A stretch of 64,000 nucleotides of DNA from positions 4,448,001 through 4,512,000 of the forward strand of contig OZ244561.1 in the NCBI GenBank assembly GCA_965217585.1, written 5' to 3'. The position numbers and the translations under genes were made by a program. The notes below the pieces were generated by a model, which worked only from the letters and a program-made list of their open reading frames with translations, searched no databases and was not told the DNA's origin. This stretch comes from Candidatus Latescibacterota bacterium. Its GTDB lineage: Bacteria > Latescibacterota > UBA2968 > UBA8231. Below are positions 1 through 12,254 of the stretch, piece after piece. How positions within the stretch are numbered: position 1 is the stretch's first letter; each line of letters opens with the position of its first letter.

Positions 1-69
1 CAGCGCGGTTTGGCGGCCGATGCCCGAGCCAGCACCGGTGATGAGGACGACTTTGTCGGCGAGTCTCAT
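1..69 (-). CDS. SDR family oxidoreductase, N-terminal fragment (runs off window edge)
   Basis: Minus strand from ATG at 69 reads MRLADKVVLITGAGSGIGRQTAL (TGxxxGIG Rossmann motif); ATG overlaps the lpdA TGA (ATGA). Confidence 0.85.
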   Translation of the reverse strand, partial: MRLADKVVLITGAGSGIGRQTAL

Positions 70-1448
70 GATGCTACAGCTCGCGCTGCCTCGCCTACGA
101 CCTCTGACAGCGCCGGATGCGCGTGGACGGTGCGGGCCACATCCTCGGCACTCGCGCCGAACTCTAGGGCCAAGACGCCCTCGGCAATCAGGTGCGAAGC
201 CTGCGGCCCTAAGATGTGCATCCCCAAGAGCTGGTCGGTATGCGCGTCGGCGACGACCTTGACTAGGCCGTCAATGTCGTCCATGCAGTGGGCGCGGGCA
301 TTGCCGCGGAATAGGTGCTTGCCGACGGCGAACTCGCGGCCAGCCACGGTGGCTTCTTCCTCACTGATGCCGACGGAGGCTAGTTCTGGATGGGTGTACA
401 CTACCGAGGGGATGGCCTCGTAGTTGACCTGCCCGGCGCGCCCGGCCATCCGCTCGGCGACCGCGACGCCTTCGGCTTCGGCTTTGTGGGCCAGCATCGG
501 CCCGGGCACAAGGTCGCCGATAGCCCAGATCCCCTCGACATTGGTGCGTCCCTGCGCGTCAACCAAGACTTGTCCCCGCTCGTTGATTGCCACGCCCACG
601 TCTTCCAGCCCCAATCCCGCGCTGCATGGTTTGCGCCCCACCGCCACCAATACCTGATCGCACGTCTCGACGCGCTCCTGATCGCCGGCCGCTATGGTCA
701 GCGTCACTTGGCCTTCTGCGATCGCGGCCGTTTGGGCCTTGGCACCGAGCAAAAATTTTAGCCCCTGCCGCTTGAGTAGCCGCTCTAGCTGCTGGGCCAT
801 CTCATGGTCCATCTCCGGCAAAATCTGATCCATAGCCTCCACTATGAGCACTTGGGCACCCAGCCGAGACCACACGGAACCCAGTTCCAATCCAATGGCA
901 CCGCCGCCAATGACGACGAGCCGCTCAGGCACTTTTTCTAACGTTAGAGCCTCGGTCGAACTGATTATATGTTTTCCATCAAAAGGCAGATTCGACAACT
1001 CCACGGGCGTGCTCCCAGTGGCCAATAGAATGTGCTTGGCAGATAGCACCTGCTCGCCGTCAGCACCTTGCACCGACACACTCCCCGGAGCGAGGACTTG
1101 GCCCTTGCCGACGAAATGCGCCACCTTCCGGCCCTTAAACAGCCCTTCAATGCCCTTGGTCATGGTCTGGACGATTTTGTCTTTTCGCGCCATCATGGCC
1201 TGTAGGTCCAAGCCCACTTCGCCCTGCCCGATCCCGTGGTGTCCCAACCCCTTCTTGGCTCTGTAGAACAAAGCACTCGACTCTAGCAGGGCCTTGCTGG
1301 GGATGCAGCCGACATTGAGGCAGGTGCCGCCGAGGTAGTTTTTGTCGATACAGGCTACCTTCATGCCGAGCTGCGCCGCCTTGCTCGCGGCCACGTAGCC
1401 GCCCGGCCCCGCGCCGATGACTACTAGGTCGAATACAGAGTCACTCAC
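66..1448 (-). CDS. lpdA: Dihydrolipoyl dehydrogenase (E3)
   Basis: GAGPGGY FAD motif, GGTCLNVGCIPSK redox disulfide, HAHPALSE C-terminal motif; start placed at GTG 1448 behind AAAGGAAA. Confidence 0.97.
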   Translation of the reverse strand: MSDSVFDLVVIGAGPGGYVAASKAAQLGMKVACIDKNYLGGTCLNVGCIPSKALLESSALFYRAKKGLGHHGIGQGEVGLDLQAMMARKDKIVQTMTKGIEGLFKGRKVAHFVGKGQVLAPGSVSVQGADGEQVLSAKHILLATGSTPVELSNLPFDGKHIISSTEALTLEKVPERLVVIGGGAIGLELGSVWSRLGAQVLIVEAMDQILPEMDHEMAQQLERLLKRQGLKFLLGAKAQTAAIAEGQVTLTIAAGDQERVETCDQVLVAVGRKPCSAGLGLEDVGVAINERGQVLVDAQGRTNVEGIWAIGDLVPGPMLAHKAEAEGVAVAERMAGRAGQVNYEAIPSVVYTHPELASVGISEEEATVAGREFAVGKHLFRGNARAHCMDDIDGLVKVVADAHTDQLLGMHILGPQASHLIAEGVLALEFGASAEDVARTVHAHPALSEVVGEAARAVAS

Positions 1449-1481
1449 GGTGTTTCCTTTTTGCAATGGATGCGGCGCTGG

Positions 1482-2711
1482 TTATACCTCTAACAGCAGC
1501 CGCGCAGGATCTTCGAGAAGTTCTTTCAACCGCACCAAAAACGAGACCGACTGCTGGCCATCGACGAGCCGATGGTCGTAGGACAGCGCTATGTACATCA
1601 TCGGCCGGATCACCACTTGGCCTTCCACGGCCACGGGCCGCTCCTGTATGGCGTGCATCCCCAGAATGCCACTTTGTGGCGCGTTTAGAATTGGCGTGGA
1701 AAGCAGCGAGCCGAAGACCCCGCCATTGGTGATGGTAAAGGTGCCGCCGCTTAGCTCGTTCATGGCCAGCTTGTTGTCGCGGGTGCTTAGCGCGAGCCGC
1801 TTGATGTGGCTTTCGAGCTGGGCGATGGACATCTGATCGGCATGGTGCAAAACCGGCACGACTAGCCCGCGCTCCGTGCTCACCGCGATCCCCAAATTGA
1901 CGAAGTCGTGATACACGATGTGGGTGCCGTCGATTTGCGCGTTGATCGCCGGAAACTCGCCGAGCGCGAGGACGGTGGCCCGGGAGAAAAAGGACATCAG
2001 CCCCAGCGACGCGCCGTGGACTTGGGCAAAGCGCTCCTTGTATTTGGCCCTGAGTTGCATCACCGCGATCATGTCGATTTCGTTGAAGGTCGTCAGCATG
2101 GCCGCGTTGTGCTGGGCGGCGACCAAGTGCTCGGCAATGCGCTGGCGGAGCCGACTCATTGGCTCGCGGCGGATGGGATCGGGACCGGCGGACGCGAGGG
2201 GCGGAGCGGGTTTGGGTGCAGGGGACGGTTGAGTGGGTTCAGGCGCTGGCGGTGGTTGCGCGGGTTCGGGTGCAGGTGGCGGTTGAATGGGATCGGCAGG
2301 CGCAGGTCGCGTCTCTAGGTGGGCGAGCAAGTCCTTTTTCGTCAGCCGCCCGTCCTTGCCCGTGCCCTCAATTGCAGCCGGGTCCAGTTCGTGCTCTTCG
2401 ACTAAGCGGCGCACGGCTGGGCTTAGGACGGGTTCGGGCGCAGCGGATTCGGGTTTGGACGCTGGGGCTGACGCGGCGGATTCTTCTATCTCCGCGACTA
2501 CAGCCCCTATGGCTAGGGTGGTGTCGGTAGGTTGTAGGTGTTTGAGGGCGCCGCTGGCTGGGGACGGCAGCTCGACGTTGGCCTTGTCGGTCTCCAGCAC
2601 GCAGAGCGGCTCGTCCTGCTCGACGCGCTCGCTGTCGCCCTTGAGCCATTCGAGGAGAATTACCTCGCTGACCGATTCGCCCATGCTCGGTATTTCGACT
2701 TGTACTGACAT
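1482..2711 (-). CDS. sucB: 2-oxoglutarate dehydrogenase E2 (dihydrolipoyllysine succinyltransferase)
   Basis: Lipoyl motif LETDKA, E3-binding domain ([10 protein letters not shown]), catalytic YDHRLVDG. Confidence 0.97.
   Translation of the reverse strand: MSVQVEIPSMGESVSEVILLEWLKGDSERVEQDEPLCVLETDKANVELPSPASGALKHLQPTDTTLAIGAVVAEIEESAASAPASKPESAAPEPVLSPAVRRLVEEHELDPAAIEGTGKDGRLTKKDLLAHLETRPAPADPIQPPPAPEPAQPPPAPEPTQPSPAPKPAPPLASAGPDPIRREPMSRLRQRIAEHLVAAQHNAAMLTTFNEIDMIAVMQLRAKYKERFAQVHGASLGLMSFFSRATVLALGEFPAINAQIDGTHIVYHDFVNLGIAVSTERGLVVPVLHHADQMSIAQLESHIKRLALSTRDNKLAMNELSGGTFTITNGGVFGSLLSTPILNAPQSGILGMHAIQERPVAVEGQVVIRPMMYIALSYDHRLVDGQQSVSFLVRLKELLEDPARLLLEV
2208..2288. repeat. Three degenerate 27-nt tandem repeats encoding the Pro-rich linker of SucB
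   Basis: Units gggtttgggtgcaggggacggttgagt / gggttcaggcgctggcggtggttgcgc / gggttcgggtgcaggtggcggttgaat (QPPPAPEP-like). Confidence 0.8.
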
Positions 2712-2721
2712 GCAAATGCTC

Positions 2722-5523
2722 CTAACCAGATTGCTGCCGCGGATGCAGCACCACTTCGCGGCCGCGGCCTAGTGCCTGCTCGACAATTTCCCGTTGCTCG
2801 GTTTCGTGAAGGAGACCCGATCCGGTGGCCGGGCTGGCCGCTTCGTCGCGGCCCACGTAGTTCAGCTCGCAGTGCGCGGGCAGCAGTTCGTCCAAGTGGG
2901 GCTGGACAAAGGACCAAGCGCCCATGTTCTGCGATTCTTCTTGCACCCAGTAGAACTGTTTAGCTGCGGGATAGCGGTTGAACACAGCTTGGAGTTCGGT
3001 GGCCGGAAACGGATAGAGCTCCTCGACGCGCAGTAGCGCCACTCCGTCGCTGCCATTCTGCTCGCCGCGGGCAGCCACCAAGTCGTAGTAGATCTTGCCC
3101 GTGCATAACACCACCCGGTCGGCGGTGGCTGGATCGGCGACGTCCGCGTCGTCGATGACCCGCTGGAATGTCCCAGCGGAAAACTCTGCTAGCGCTGAAA
3201 CGCATTGCTTGTGCCGCAGGAGGCTCTTGGGGGTCATTAACACCAGCGGCTTGCGGAAGTTGCGGTGGATCTGTCGCCGCAAGATGTGAAACAACTGCGC
3301 TGGCGTGGTGGGGTAGGCCACCTGCATGTTGTTTTTGGCGCACAGTTGCAAGAAGCGCTCCAGCCGTGCACTGGAGTGCTCTGGCCCCATGCCCTCGTAG
3401 CCGTGGGGCAACAGCAGCACCAATCCGCACATCCGCTGCCACTTGGCTTCGGCGCTGGAGAGGAATTGGTCGATGATCATTTGCGCGCCGTTGACGAAAT
3501 CGCCGAACTGGGCCTCCCACAAGACCAAGCGCCGTGGGTCCGCCGAGCTGATCCCATACTCAAAGCCGAGCACTGCCAGTTCCGACAGCATGGTGTTGAG
3601 CACCATAAAGTCGGCTTGGTCCCGCTCCAAGTGCTGCAAGGGGATGTGTTCTGTGCCCGTTTCGGTGTCGTGCCAGACGGCGTGGCGGTGGGCAAAGGTG
3701 CCGCGCTGGGTATCTTGGCCGGTCAGGCGCACCGGCACCCCCTCCCGCAGCAACGAGCCGAAGGCCATCACCTCGCCGCAGCCCCAGTCGATGGGTACTT
3801 GGCCAGCGGCCATGGCGCGGCGCGCTTCGACCATCCGTTGGATTGTGCGGTGCAGTGAGAACCCTTCGGGGACTTGGGTCGCCCGCTCGACGATCCGCTG
3901 CAGGATTTTGGCATCGACGGCCGTTTGTGCGCTCCAGTCATCGGGTGCCCAAGTCAGGCCCTGCCAGACGCCCCCGAAAGACGAAGTGTGGGGCTGGACT
4001 TGTAGGCGGCGGGCGATTTGCTGGGCTTCTTCCAGCCGGGTGCGGATCCGTGCGCGGATATCGTCGGCGTCCTCTTGGGAGATTTTGTTTTGGGCAATGA
4101 GCTGGAAGGAATAGAGATGGAGGATCGTTGGATGCTCGGCGATCTTCTTGTACATAAGCGGCTGGGTTAGGGTCGGGTCGTCGGCTTCGTTGTGGCCGTG
4201 GCGGCGATAACACCACAAATCGATGATGACATCCACCTTGAAGCGGTGCCTGAACTCCATCGCCACTTGCGCTGCTTGCACTACGGATTCGGGGTCGTCG
4301 GCGTTGACGTGGAAGACGGGTGCCTGAATCTCCTTGGCTATGTCGCTCGGATAGGGAGTAAAGCGCGTCTCATCGGCTGGGGCGGTGTAGCCGAGCTGGT
4401 TGTTGATGATGATGTGGATGGTGCCGCCGGTGCGGTAGCCGGGCAGTTCGGAGAGATTGAAGGTCTCCGAGACGATCCCCTGGCCGGTAAAGGCGGCCTC
4501 GCCGTGGATGAGTACCGGGACCACCCGCTCCCCTTCGGCGTCGTGCAAGTAGGCCTGCTTGGCATAGACGATGCCCTCGATGACCGGATCGACTAGCTCT
4601 AGGTGGCTGGGGTTGAAACTGAGCGAGAGATGGACCTTGCGTCCCTCATCGGTGACGTGGTCGTGGGAATAGCCCTTGTGGTATTTGACGTCGCCCTCGT
4701 CGTCGTCGCGGTCGGCGCGGTCGGCGCCCTCGAACTCGGCGAGGATTTCCTCGTAGGGCTTGTGCAAAAGGTGCGCCAGCACATTGAGTCGGCCGCGGTG
4801 GGCCATGCCGATGACCATCTCTTCGACGCCCAGCTTGGAGCCGGTGTTGACCAGTTCGTCCAAGAGCGGCACCATGGACTCGGCCCCTTCGAGCGAGAAG
4901 CGCTTTTGCCCGATATAGCGCGTGTGCAAAAACTGCTCAAACTCTTCGGCGGCGATCAGCCGCGCGAGTACCCGGCGCGTCGCTTCTTCGGGCAAATTTG
5001 GATTGTTGAGGCAAGGTTCGATCCGCTCTTGCAGCCAGTCGCGCTGATCCTTGTCTGGGATGTCCATGTATTCGACGCCGATGGAGCGGCAATACGTGGT
5101 TTTTACCTTGCTCAACAGTCCCTTTAACGTCCCGTCCGTGCGCCCGAGGAATCCGCCGTTGCCCACGGTCTTGTCGAGGTCTTCTTCGGCGAGGCCAAAT
5201 TCCGCCAGATCCAACAGCGGCAGACTCCGGCGGCTGTGCCTCAGCGGGTCGAGCCGGGCGACGAAGTGGCCCATTTGCCGATAGGCCTGGACGAGGGCTT
5301 GGACGCCTTCGAGGACCAACAGGCCCTCGTTGGCTTCTATGGACTGCTGCAAGGCGTCTTTGTCTGGCGCTGGCGCGCTGTCGGTCGCAGAGCGCGCGAA
5401 GCCGAATTCAAAGCCGCGGAAGAAGTGCTGCCACTCTTCTGGGAGGGCGCTGGGATCGCGCTGGTACTGCTCGTAGAGAGCCTCAATGTATTCGGCGTTT
5501 TCACTGTGCGTAGCAAATGACAT
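2722..5523 (-). CDS. sucA: 2-oxoglutarate dehydrogenase E1
   Basis: [44 protein letters not shown] motifs; start moved to ATG 5523 ([20 protein letters not shown]). Confidence 0.96.
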   Translation of the reverse strand: MSFATHSENAEYIEALYEQYQRDPSALPEEWQHFFRGFEFGFARSATDSAPAPDKDALQQSIEANEGLLVLEGVQALVQAYRQMGHFVARLDPLRHSRRSLPLLDLAEFGLAEEDLDKTVGNGGFLGRTDGTLKGLLSKVKTTYCRSIGVEYMDIPDKDQRDWLQERIEPCLNNPNLPEEATRRVLARLIAAEEFEQFLHTRYIGQKRFSLEGAESMVPLLDELVNTGSKLGVEEMVIGMAHRGRLNVLAHLLHKPYEEILAEFEGADRADRDDDEGDVKYHKGYSHDHVTDEGRKVHLSLSFNPSHLELVDPVIEGIVYAKQAYLHDAEGERVVPVLIHGEAAFTGQGIVSETFNLSELPGYRTGGTIHIIINNQLGYTAPADETRFTPYPSDIAKEIQAPVFHVNADDPESVVQAAQVAMEFRHRFKVDVIIDLWCYRRHGHNEADDPTLTQPLMYKKIAEHPTILHLYSFQLIAQNKISQEDADDIRARIRTRLEEAQQIARRLQVQPHTSSFGGVWQGLTWAPDDWSAQTAVDAKILQRIVERATQVPEGFSLHRTIQRMVEARRAMAAGQVPIDWGCGEVMAFGSLLREGVPVRLTGQDTQRGTFAHRHAVWHDTETGTEHIPLQHLERDQADFMVLNTMLSELAVLGFEYGISSADPRRLVLWEAQFGDFVNGAQMIIDQFLSSAEAKWQRMCGLVLLLPHGYEGMGPEHSSARLERFLQLCAKNNMQVAYPTTPAQLFHILRRQIHRNFRKPLVLMTPKSLLRHKQCVSALAEFSAGTFQRVIDDADVADPATADRVVLCTGKIYYDLVAARGEQNGSDGVALLRVEELYPFPATELQAVFNRYPAAKQFYWVQEESQNMGAWSFVQPHLDELLPAHCELNYVGRDEAASPATGSGLLHETEQREIVEQALGRGREVVLHPRQQSG

Positions 5524-5668
5524 AAAACCTCCAACTGCATGGGCTAGATTCTGAAGATAGACATTATATAAATAGGTGCAAAAATGCGCTCGTCGCGCCG
5601 CCCCAATCTTGAGGGTTTCCATGACAGCCCCTACATTTATTAAACCTTTTCCCTTTAGAAAGTCTCCC

Positions 5669-8600
5669 ATGCTACTCGCCTTTGTCGGCCCCCCGGCCCT
5701 GTCGTTTCTTCGCCGCCGGTCGCTCCTAGCGCGCTGCCAGAGCTGTGCGCCTGAGATTGAGGATCTGTGCGCTACGTACTTCTATGCTGTGCAATGCACG
5801 CACACCCTAAACGATGACGAGTTGGCGCGGCTCATGCGCATCCTCGATGTGGACGTGGCTCTGCCAGCGCGGGCGCGCAATGAGGTGGCCATTGGCCCGC
5901 GGCAGGGCACGACGTCTCCGTGGTCGAGCAAGGCTACAGACATCCTTAGAAACTGTGGCTTGGAATTTGTGCGCCGCGTCGAGCGCGGCACGCTCTATTC
6001 CTTTGCCACCGATACTTTGCCCAGCGCGGTTTTGCCGCTGCTCTACGACCGCATGATTGAGGCTCCGCTCGATTCCTTAGAGACTCTCTTTCGTCGCGTG
6101 GACCCCAATCCACTAGTCCACATCCCGGTGCAGGCCGAGGGGCGGTGCGCGCTTGTGGCCGCCAACCGCGAGATGGGCTTGGCCCTCTCGGACGAGGAGA
6201 TTGACTACGCGCTGCACGCCTTTGCGGGCCGCGACCCGACCGACGTGGAGCTGATGATGTTTGCGGTGGTCAACTCCGAGCACTGCCGCCACAAAATTTT
6301 CAACGCCGATTGGATCATCGATGGCCAGCGCGAGGCGCGCGCGCTCTTCGACATGATTCGCCACACGCACGCCGCTCACCCGCAAGGCACGGTTAAGGCG
6401 TATTCCGACAACGCCGGCGTGATCGAAGGCTTTGACGTGTCGGTCTTTGGCCCGCAGCTAGACGAGGACTTTCGCTATGGGTATCGCCAGCGGGAGACCC
6501 ACGTCTTGATCAAGGTCGAGACCCACAACCATCCCACTGCCATCGCGCCCTATCCCGGAGCGTCCACCGGAGTTGGGGGGGAGATCCGCGACGAGGGGGC
6601 GGCTGGCACTGGCGGCTGGTCGCAGGCGGGCCTGTGCGCCTTTTTTACCTCGCATCTGCGCCTACCTCGGTTTGCCCAGCCGTGGGAAAAAGAACGCGCG
6701 GCCTTCCCAGACCGCTTGGCTACCCCGCTCGCCATTATGACCGAGGGGCCGATCGGCGGTGCGGCCTTTGGCAATGAATTTGGCCGGCCCAACATCCTCG
6801 GGATGTTCCGCACCTTGGAAGACGACAGCACTGGGGTGTGGCACGGCTACCACAAGCCGATCATGGTCGCTGGTGGCGTCGGCCTCATCGACGCTGCGCA
6901 CGTGGAGAAGAAAACCCCGGCGGCGGGCGATTGCGTCATTCAGCTCGGGGGGCCGGCCATGCTCATCGGCCTCGGCGGGGGCGCGGCCTCTAGCATGGAC
7001 ACGGGTGCCAACAGCGAGGACCTCGACTTTGCCTCGGTGCAGCGCGACAACCCCGAGATGCAGCGTCGTTGCCAAGAGCTAATCAGCCGCTGCATCTCGC
7101 TCGGTGCGAAAAACCCCATCAGCAGCATTCACGACGTGGGGGCCGGTGGCCTGTCCAACGCCTGCCCGGAGTTAGTCGCAGACGTAGGGGCGCGCTTTGA
7201 CTTGCGGGCCATTCACAATGACGACCCGGGCATGAGTCCGATGCAGATTTGGAGCAACGAAGCGCAAGAGCGCTACGTGCTGGTGGTGGGTCGCGATGAT
7301 TTGGATCGCTTTGCCGAGCTGGCCGCTCGCGAGCGCTGCCTATTTGCGGTCATCGGCGAGGTCACCGGCGATGGCACGCTGTCTCTCGACGACTCTCTGC
7401 TCGGTGGCAAGCCCATTGACGACCTCGACCTAGCGGTCATTTTGGGCAAGCCGCCCAAGATGCTGCGCCGCGCGATGCGCAGCCGGCCCGTGCGGCAGGG
7501 CCTCGACTTGGAGGGGGCTTCGGTCGCCGATGCCGCCGAGCGCGTACTCCGCTTCCCAGCCGTAGCGGCCAAGACCTTCCTCATCACCATTGCCGACCGC
7601 ACGGTCACTGGCTTGGTGGCCCGCGATCAGATGGTCGGCCCCCATCAGGTGCCGGTCGCGGATTTAGCCATGACTTGCCACTCCTTTCAGGGGTACACCG
7701 GGTCGGCCATGGCCATGGGGGAACGCACGCCCCTCGCCTTGGTGGATGCGCCAGCGTCTGGGCGCATGGCTATTGCCGAGGCGATTACTAACATCGCTGC
7801 GGCGCACATCGGCCCGATCCACCGCATCAAGCTGTCGGGTAACTGGATGTGCGCCTGCGGCGAGGAAGGCGAAGATGCGGCCTTGTACGACACAGTGCGC
7901 GCAGTGGGGTTGGAGTTTTGCCCGGCAGTAGGGGTGTCGATCCCAGTGGGCAAAGATTCGCTGTCCATGCGGGCCGTGTGGGAAGACGCCGAGGGCTCAG
8001 CGCACAAAGTGGTCGCGCCGTTGAGTTTGGTCGTCTCGGCCTTTGCGCCGGTGGACGATGTGCGCCGTCATGCCACGCCCGATCTAAAGCGCGTCGGCGA
8101 TACCCGGCTGACCCGGCTGCTGCTCGTGGACTTGGGGCGCGGGCAAAACCGCCTCGGCGGCTCTTGCCTCGCCCAGGCTTACAACCAAATCGGCAGCGAG
8201 GCTCCGGACGTAGATGCAGGCGATGTGCTCGGCTTGTACGAGGCCGTGCAGACTTTGCTCGACCAAGATCTCGTGCTCGCGTACCACGACCGCTCCGATG
8301 GTGGCCTCTTCGCCGCGGTGGCTGAGATGGCGTTTGCTGGTCGCTGCGGCGTGGAGCTGACGATCAACACGCTGGACGACGATCTACTCGCTGCACTCTT
8401 TTGCGAGGAAGTGGGCGTTGTGATCCAATATCGCGTCGAGGATGAGGAAGTCATTCGCAGGATTTTTGCGGACCATGGCATCGCCGACTTGATCCACCTT
8501 GTGGGACAGCCCGTTGACGACTTGCACCTGCGCGTTTGCAGCGATGGCGATCTCGTCTATGAATCCCCACTGCTCGACCTCCACGCGGCGTGGGCTGAGC

Positions 8601-9541
8601 TGACGTATCGGATGCAGGCCCACCGCGACGACCCGGACTGTGCCCGCGAAGAGTACGAGGCCCTTGCCGACGACCAAGACCCGGGCCTGAACTTCCACTT
8701 GGCGCACGAAGTTGCTCCGACCATAGGAGGGAAGGCGCGCCCCCGCGTGGCCGTGCTGCGGGAGCAGGGCATAAACGGCCAAGTGGAAATGGCCGCGGCC
8801 TTTGACGCAGCGGCCTGCGAGGCGGTTGACGTGACCATGACCGATCTGTTGGAAGGTCGCGTCGAGTTGAGTTCGTTTCACGGGCTGGCTGCCTGCGGCG
8901 GCTTCAGCTACGGCGACGTACTCGGGGCTGGGGCTGGCTGGGCGCGTTCGATTCTTTTTCACGACCGCTTGCGCGAGCAATTCGCCGCCTTCTTTGAGCG
9001 GCCGGATACCTTTTCCTTGGGAGTGTGCAATGGCTGCCAGATGCTGTCGTACCTCAAGGAGCTGATCCCGGGCGCGGACAGCTGGCCGCGATTTGTGCGC
9101 AACCGCTCCGAGCAGTTTGAGGCGCGGTTCGCCACCGTAGAGGTGCTGGAGAGCCAATCGGTGCTCTTGCGCGGGATGGAAGGCTCGCGCTTGCCCATTG
9201 CGGTGGCGCACGGCGAGGGCCGCGTCCAATTCCAATTTGGCGATGATCGGGCACTACGGGCACTAGTACTAGAACTAGCGCGGAGGCGAAATCAGCTCTG
9301 TCTGCGCTACGTGGATAATTACGGTCAGCCGGCCGAACGCTATCCGTCCAACCCGAACGGCTCACCCGCAGGACTGACCGCCTTCACCAGCGCCGACGGC
9401 CGCGCCACCATTATGATGCCGCACCCCGAACGCGTCTTCCGCAATGTCCAGCTATCTTGGCGTCCGGCGGAGTGGACGGGTGAAGAAGGGCCGTGGCTGA
9501 AGCTCTTCCAAAACGCCCGTGACTTTGCCGCCCAAAGCTAG
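5669..9541 (+). CDS. purL: Phosphoribosylformylglycinamidine synthase (large fused PurL)
   Basis: [34 protein letters not shown] glutaminase nucleophile, MMPHPER; start placed at ATG 5669. Confidence 0.97.
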   Translation: MLLAFVGPPALSFLRRRSLLARCQSCAPEIEDLCATYFYAVQCTHTLNDDELARLMRILDVDVALPARARNEVAIGPRQGTTSPWSSKATDILRNCGLEFVRRVERGTLYSFATDTLPSAVLPLLYDRMIEAPLDSLETLFRRVDPNPLVHIPVQAEGRCALVAANREMGLALSDEEIDYALHAFAGRDPTDVELMMFAVVNSEHCRHKIFNADWIIDGQREARALFDMIRHTHAAHPQGTVKAYSDNAGVIEGFDVSVFGPQLDEDFRYGYRQRETHVLIKVETHNHPTAIAPYPGASTGVGGEIRDEGAAGTGGWSQAGLCAFFTSHLRLPRFAQPWEKERAAFPDRLATPLAIMTEGPIGGAAFGNEFGRPNILGMFRTLEDDSTGVWHGYHKPIMVAGGVGLIDAAHVEKKTPAAGDCVIQLGGPAMLIGLGGGAASSMDTGANSEDLDFASVQRDNPEMQRRCQELISRCISLGAKNPISSIHDVGAGGLSNACPELVADVGARFDLRAIHNDDPGMSPMQIWSNEAQERYVLVVGRDDLDRFAELAARERCLFAVIGEVTGDGTLSLDDSLLGGKPIDDLDLAVILGKPPKMLRRAMRSRPVRQGLDLEGASVADAAERVLRFPAVAAKTFLITIADRTVTGLVARDQMVGPHQVPVADLAMTCHSFQGYTGSAMAMGERTPLALVDAPASGRMAIAEAITNIAAAHIGPIHRIKLSGNWMCACGEEGEDAALYDTVRAVGLEFCPAVGVSIPVGKDSLSMRAVWEDAEGSAHKVVAPLSLVVSAFAPVDDVRRHATPDLKRVGDTRLTRLLLVDLGRGQNRLGGSCLAQAYNQIGSEAPDVDAGDVLGLYEAVQTLLDQDLVLAYHDRSDGGLFAAVAEMAFAGRCGVELTINTLDDDLLAALFCEEVGVVIQYRVEDEEVIRRIFADHGIADLIHLVGQPVDDLHLRVCSDGDLVYESPLLDLHAAWAELTYRMQAHRDDPDCAREEYEALADDQDPGLNFHLAHEVAPTIGGKARPRVAVLREQGINGQVEMAAAFDAAACEAVDVTMTDLLEGRVELSSFHGLAACGGFSYGDVLGAGAGWARSILFHDRLREQFAAFFERPDTFSLGVCNGCQMLSYLKELIPGADSWPRFVRNRSEQFEARFATVEVLESQSVLLRGMEGSRLPIAVAHGEGRVQFQFGDDRALRALVLELARRRNQLCLRYVDNYGQPAERYPSNPNGSPAGLTAFTSADGRATIMMPHPERVFRNVQLSWRPAEWTGEEGPWLKLFQNARDFAAQS

Positions 9542-9570
9542 GTTGACGCCTACTCTGCGCACGGCTAAAC
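9490..9570 (+). repeat. Left copy of 81-bp direct repeat (purL 3' end plus downstream sequence); attL-like
   Basis: Aligns without gaps to 35484-35564 with 10 mismatches (manual alignment). Confidence 0.93.
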
Positions 9571-9573
9571 CCG

Positions 9574-10893
9574 TCAATAATCCTCGCAGCTATGGTATCC
9601 AGAGCCGTAGTAGTCGGTGATATAGCTGACACCGTAGCGCCCGTGCACGGGCGGCTTTTCTTCGAACCAATGATCCTCTGGACGACTAGCTCCCACCACT
9701 TCTTCTACCGCCGGGAAGGACTGCTCAAAGCCGCCTGTACCCGTGCTGACCACAGAGCGTATCTCGGCAAATGACACCAGCAAGGGCGGAGCTGCTCCTG
9801 CCTCGTTGTCCTCTTCCCCGGTGAGCAAAACGGTCTCGATCCCCTGGCGCTCGCAGGCCCTGACCGTGAGGGCGGTCTCCAAAAACCGCTGGCCCCGGAA
9901 GTCGGTGGTTACAATGGCTCCCTGGGCCCCCAAACTCTTGGCCAGCAAAGCAGCGCGCTCGGCCGCCATATCCTTCTCCCCCTGGGTGGTCCAATTCGTG
10001 CGCTGCACGATGCAGCCTAGGAAGTTGCAGCTCTCGCCGTGCCGCCGGGCGAGATGGACGACCGTTGGGTTGTTGGACAGATGCCAGCAGGTAGAGCGTC
10101 CAGAACCCATGAAGAGGGCACCGTCCATCACCTCCGTGGGGTAGAGCAACCAGGGCGCCGAGAGCCTCGTCTGCCCGTATACCGAGGTGCCACGCTGGGA
10201 TCGCGGACCCACCTGCCACTCGTTGGACGCCAAATGGGTTATGAAGACAAAGCCGGGGAGGGAGGGATCTGTCGAGGTGAGATCGAATACTTCCAGTTCG
10301 GGCGGCTCCAATCTCGAGGTGGTTTGGGCCAGCCGGTCCACTATCCTCAAGACCGCGGCTTGGACGGCCAGATGGCAGTCTTCCTCCTCGCCCTGGGGAT
10401 TTTCCAGGGTCGCGCAAACTAGGTTGAGTTCATCGTACGGAGGTAGATTTCCCGGGCCGGACATGTCGAGGAATCCGCCGCGGTTTTCCCGCGGAACACC
10501 TGCGCTTGCACTCGGTTCCCGAGCTGCTCGCTCGGAACGCCGGCGCGCACTCGGTTCTAGGGGGCTGGTGTCGGTGCAGAGCGCGACGGCGATCTGGCCC
10601 AGCCGATGGGTCCGCCCCTGCCCCACGGCAGCGGCTGGCCGCCCGCACACTCCGGGGTAAAACATCCCCGGACCCGCCACTTTCAGCTTGGGCTCGTACA
10701 GGTTCTGCATTTTTACGATGCGCACGGATTCGCCGGGCCGCACCAAGTCGATGCTCGCCGAGGGAATGTCACCCCCTTGTAGGGCGAGATCCAGCAACTC
10801 TTGCCTGTTGATCTCTAGCTGCCCGTCGTGCCAGCGGGTCTCCGACCCGAAACGCGCCTCATTGACCGGAAAGGTACCTAGTTCAAGACGCAT
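9574..10893 (-). CDS. grdE: Glycine/sarcosine/betaine reductase component B proprotein subunit (GrdE/GrdI-like, divergent)
   Basis: MRLELG start, PGESVRI, GQGRTHRL, SVYG, LYPTEVMDGA, NNP, EEDNEAGAAPPL, VVSTG motifs; directly downstream of grdB. Confidence 0.82.
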   Translation of the reverse strand: MRLELGTFPVNEARFGSETRWHDGQLEINRQELLDLALQGGDIPSASIDLVRPGESVRIVKMQNLYEPKLKVAGPGMFYPGVCGRPAAAVGQGRTHRLGQIAVALCTDTSPLEPSARRRSERAAREPSASAGVPRENRGGFLDMSGPGNLPPYDELNLVCATLENPQGEEEDCHLAVQAAVLRIVDRLAQTTSRLEPPELEVFDLTSTDPSLPGFVFITHLASNEWQVGPRSQRGTSVYGQTRLSAPWLLYPTEVMDGALFMGSGRSTCWHLSNNPTVVHLARRHGESCNFLGCIVQRTNWTTQGEKDMAAERAALLAKSLGAQGAIVTTDFRGQRFLETALTVRACERQGIETVLLTGEEDNEAGAAPPLLVSFAEIRSVVSTGTGGFEQSFPAVEEVVGASRPEDHWFEEKPPVHGRYGVSYITDYYGSGYHSCEDY

Positions 10894-12232
10894 GGACTCT
10901 CTCCTCGGCGGACGATGCGTCCGGATCGAATAGGGTGGGGCCGGAGACTTCGGTGCGCAGGGCCTGCAGGGCCGTCTCGACGATCCGGCGCATCAGTCGC
11001 CGATCGTTTTCCTCGTTCAAATTCGGATCGCCGCACACGTGCTCCACGCGCACCCCTCTCACCACTCGGCTCACTTCCACCGACATGGGGATCATGGGAA
11101 TAGCGCTCACCACGACCACGTCAATACCCTCTCGGGCCAGTTCTTTGCTCATCGTCGCCCCGCAACGATTGCAACTGCCTCAGGTGGCCACCAGGAGCGC
11201 CGCCCGTATCTGGGCTCTTTTGAACTCCTCGGCGATCTGCGCTCCCATCTGCTTGGCTTGAGAGACGGCGGTGCCGTTGCCCACCGTGGAGAAAAAGTAC
11301 GGATAAATCGCGCCGATTTCCCCTTCTGCTTCCAATTCCCGCAAAACGGGCAACGGCAGCACATAGCTGGGCTTCTTGGTGTTGAGGATGTGGGGGTTGA
11401 AGCCCCCGTGGACGGATTCCCAGTCCTCTGTACTCAGCGCCTTCTGCCCTTCGATAGAGTAGCGAAAAGCCTGCTGAGCGAATCCGGAGACCTGTCCGTC
11501 GGGATTGCCCCGGGGCACCAAACCACCGCTGGTGACCAGACCCAGAGTTACCTGTCCAAGATCCTCTACGGGCGGCGGCGGCGGCACGGTTTCGTACTGC
11601 TGAAGCAGTACTTCCGATGGATAAGGTCGCCCGTGCACGCGGGCCTCCAGCATGTCGATGGCCCGCTCCCAACCAGGCTGTTGACGCACGACGGATTTCC
11701 GGAGGCCCGTGGGCAAATAGCCCTCCTTGGCCGCAGGGCCGAGTTCCTCGCCGCGAGCCAGCTTTGCGCCTAGTTCGATCATGCGGGTGAGGATAGCCTG
11801 CATCTCCGTCGCCCGAGTGCCCGTAGGTACGCACACCAGCTCTCGCCGGAAGGTAGTGTACCCCGGGTTCTCGGGGTACATGCCGGTGACGGCCGGTACG
11901 CCCGCCTCTTTAGCCACGGCGCACATCTGGGCACACGCCACTCCGTAGCGCCCCGCGTCAAAGGCCGGGCCGGCGAGTACCAGATCAGGGGCGTAGTGTT
12001 CGAGGGCTTGGCGGGCGGCAACCGCAGCTTGCTCTCCCTCTTCGACGAAATAATTGTCGCCGCAGACAAACGTGGCCACTACGGTCCCTTGGTCGCCCAA
12101 CATCTGCTGGACAGCGCGGCCCGGCCCTACGGCCCCTTCCTCGACCTGCAGGGGGATATTGGCGTGCTCCTCAGCGCCGATGCCCCCGAAAAACTGATTC
12201 AGATAGTGGACTACCCGCAGCGTTTCGACCAT
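10883..12232 (-). CDS. grdB: Glycine/betaine reductase selenoprotein B (Sec UGA at 11180-11182)
   Basis: VVHYLNQFFGGIG, CGDNYF, AGPAFDAGRYGVAC; ORFs 11180..12232 and 10883..11152 are in frame and joined by T-U-G-S-C-N-R-C-G-A-T (UxxCxxC). Confidence 0.93.
11151..11169 (-). promoter_or_regulatory. SECIS-like hairpin of grdB
   Basis: mRNA AUCGUUGC-GGG-GCGACGAU: 8-bp stem (one G-U) with G-rich triloop, 10 nt after the UGA. Confidence 0.75.
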
Positions 12233-12254
12233 GAGTTCACCCCCAAATTCCGCC

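Noticed and set aside
5524-5670. Overlapping long N-termini of sucA and purL in the ORF track
   Set aside because: Downstream starts (5523, 5669) match homologous N-termini and leave a normal divergent promoter region.
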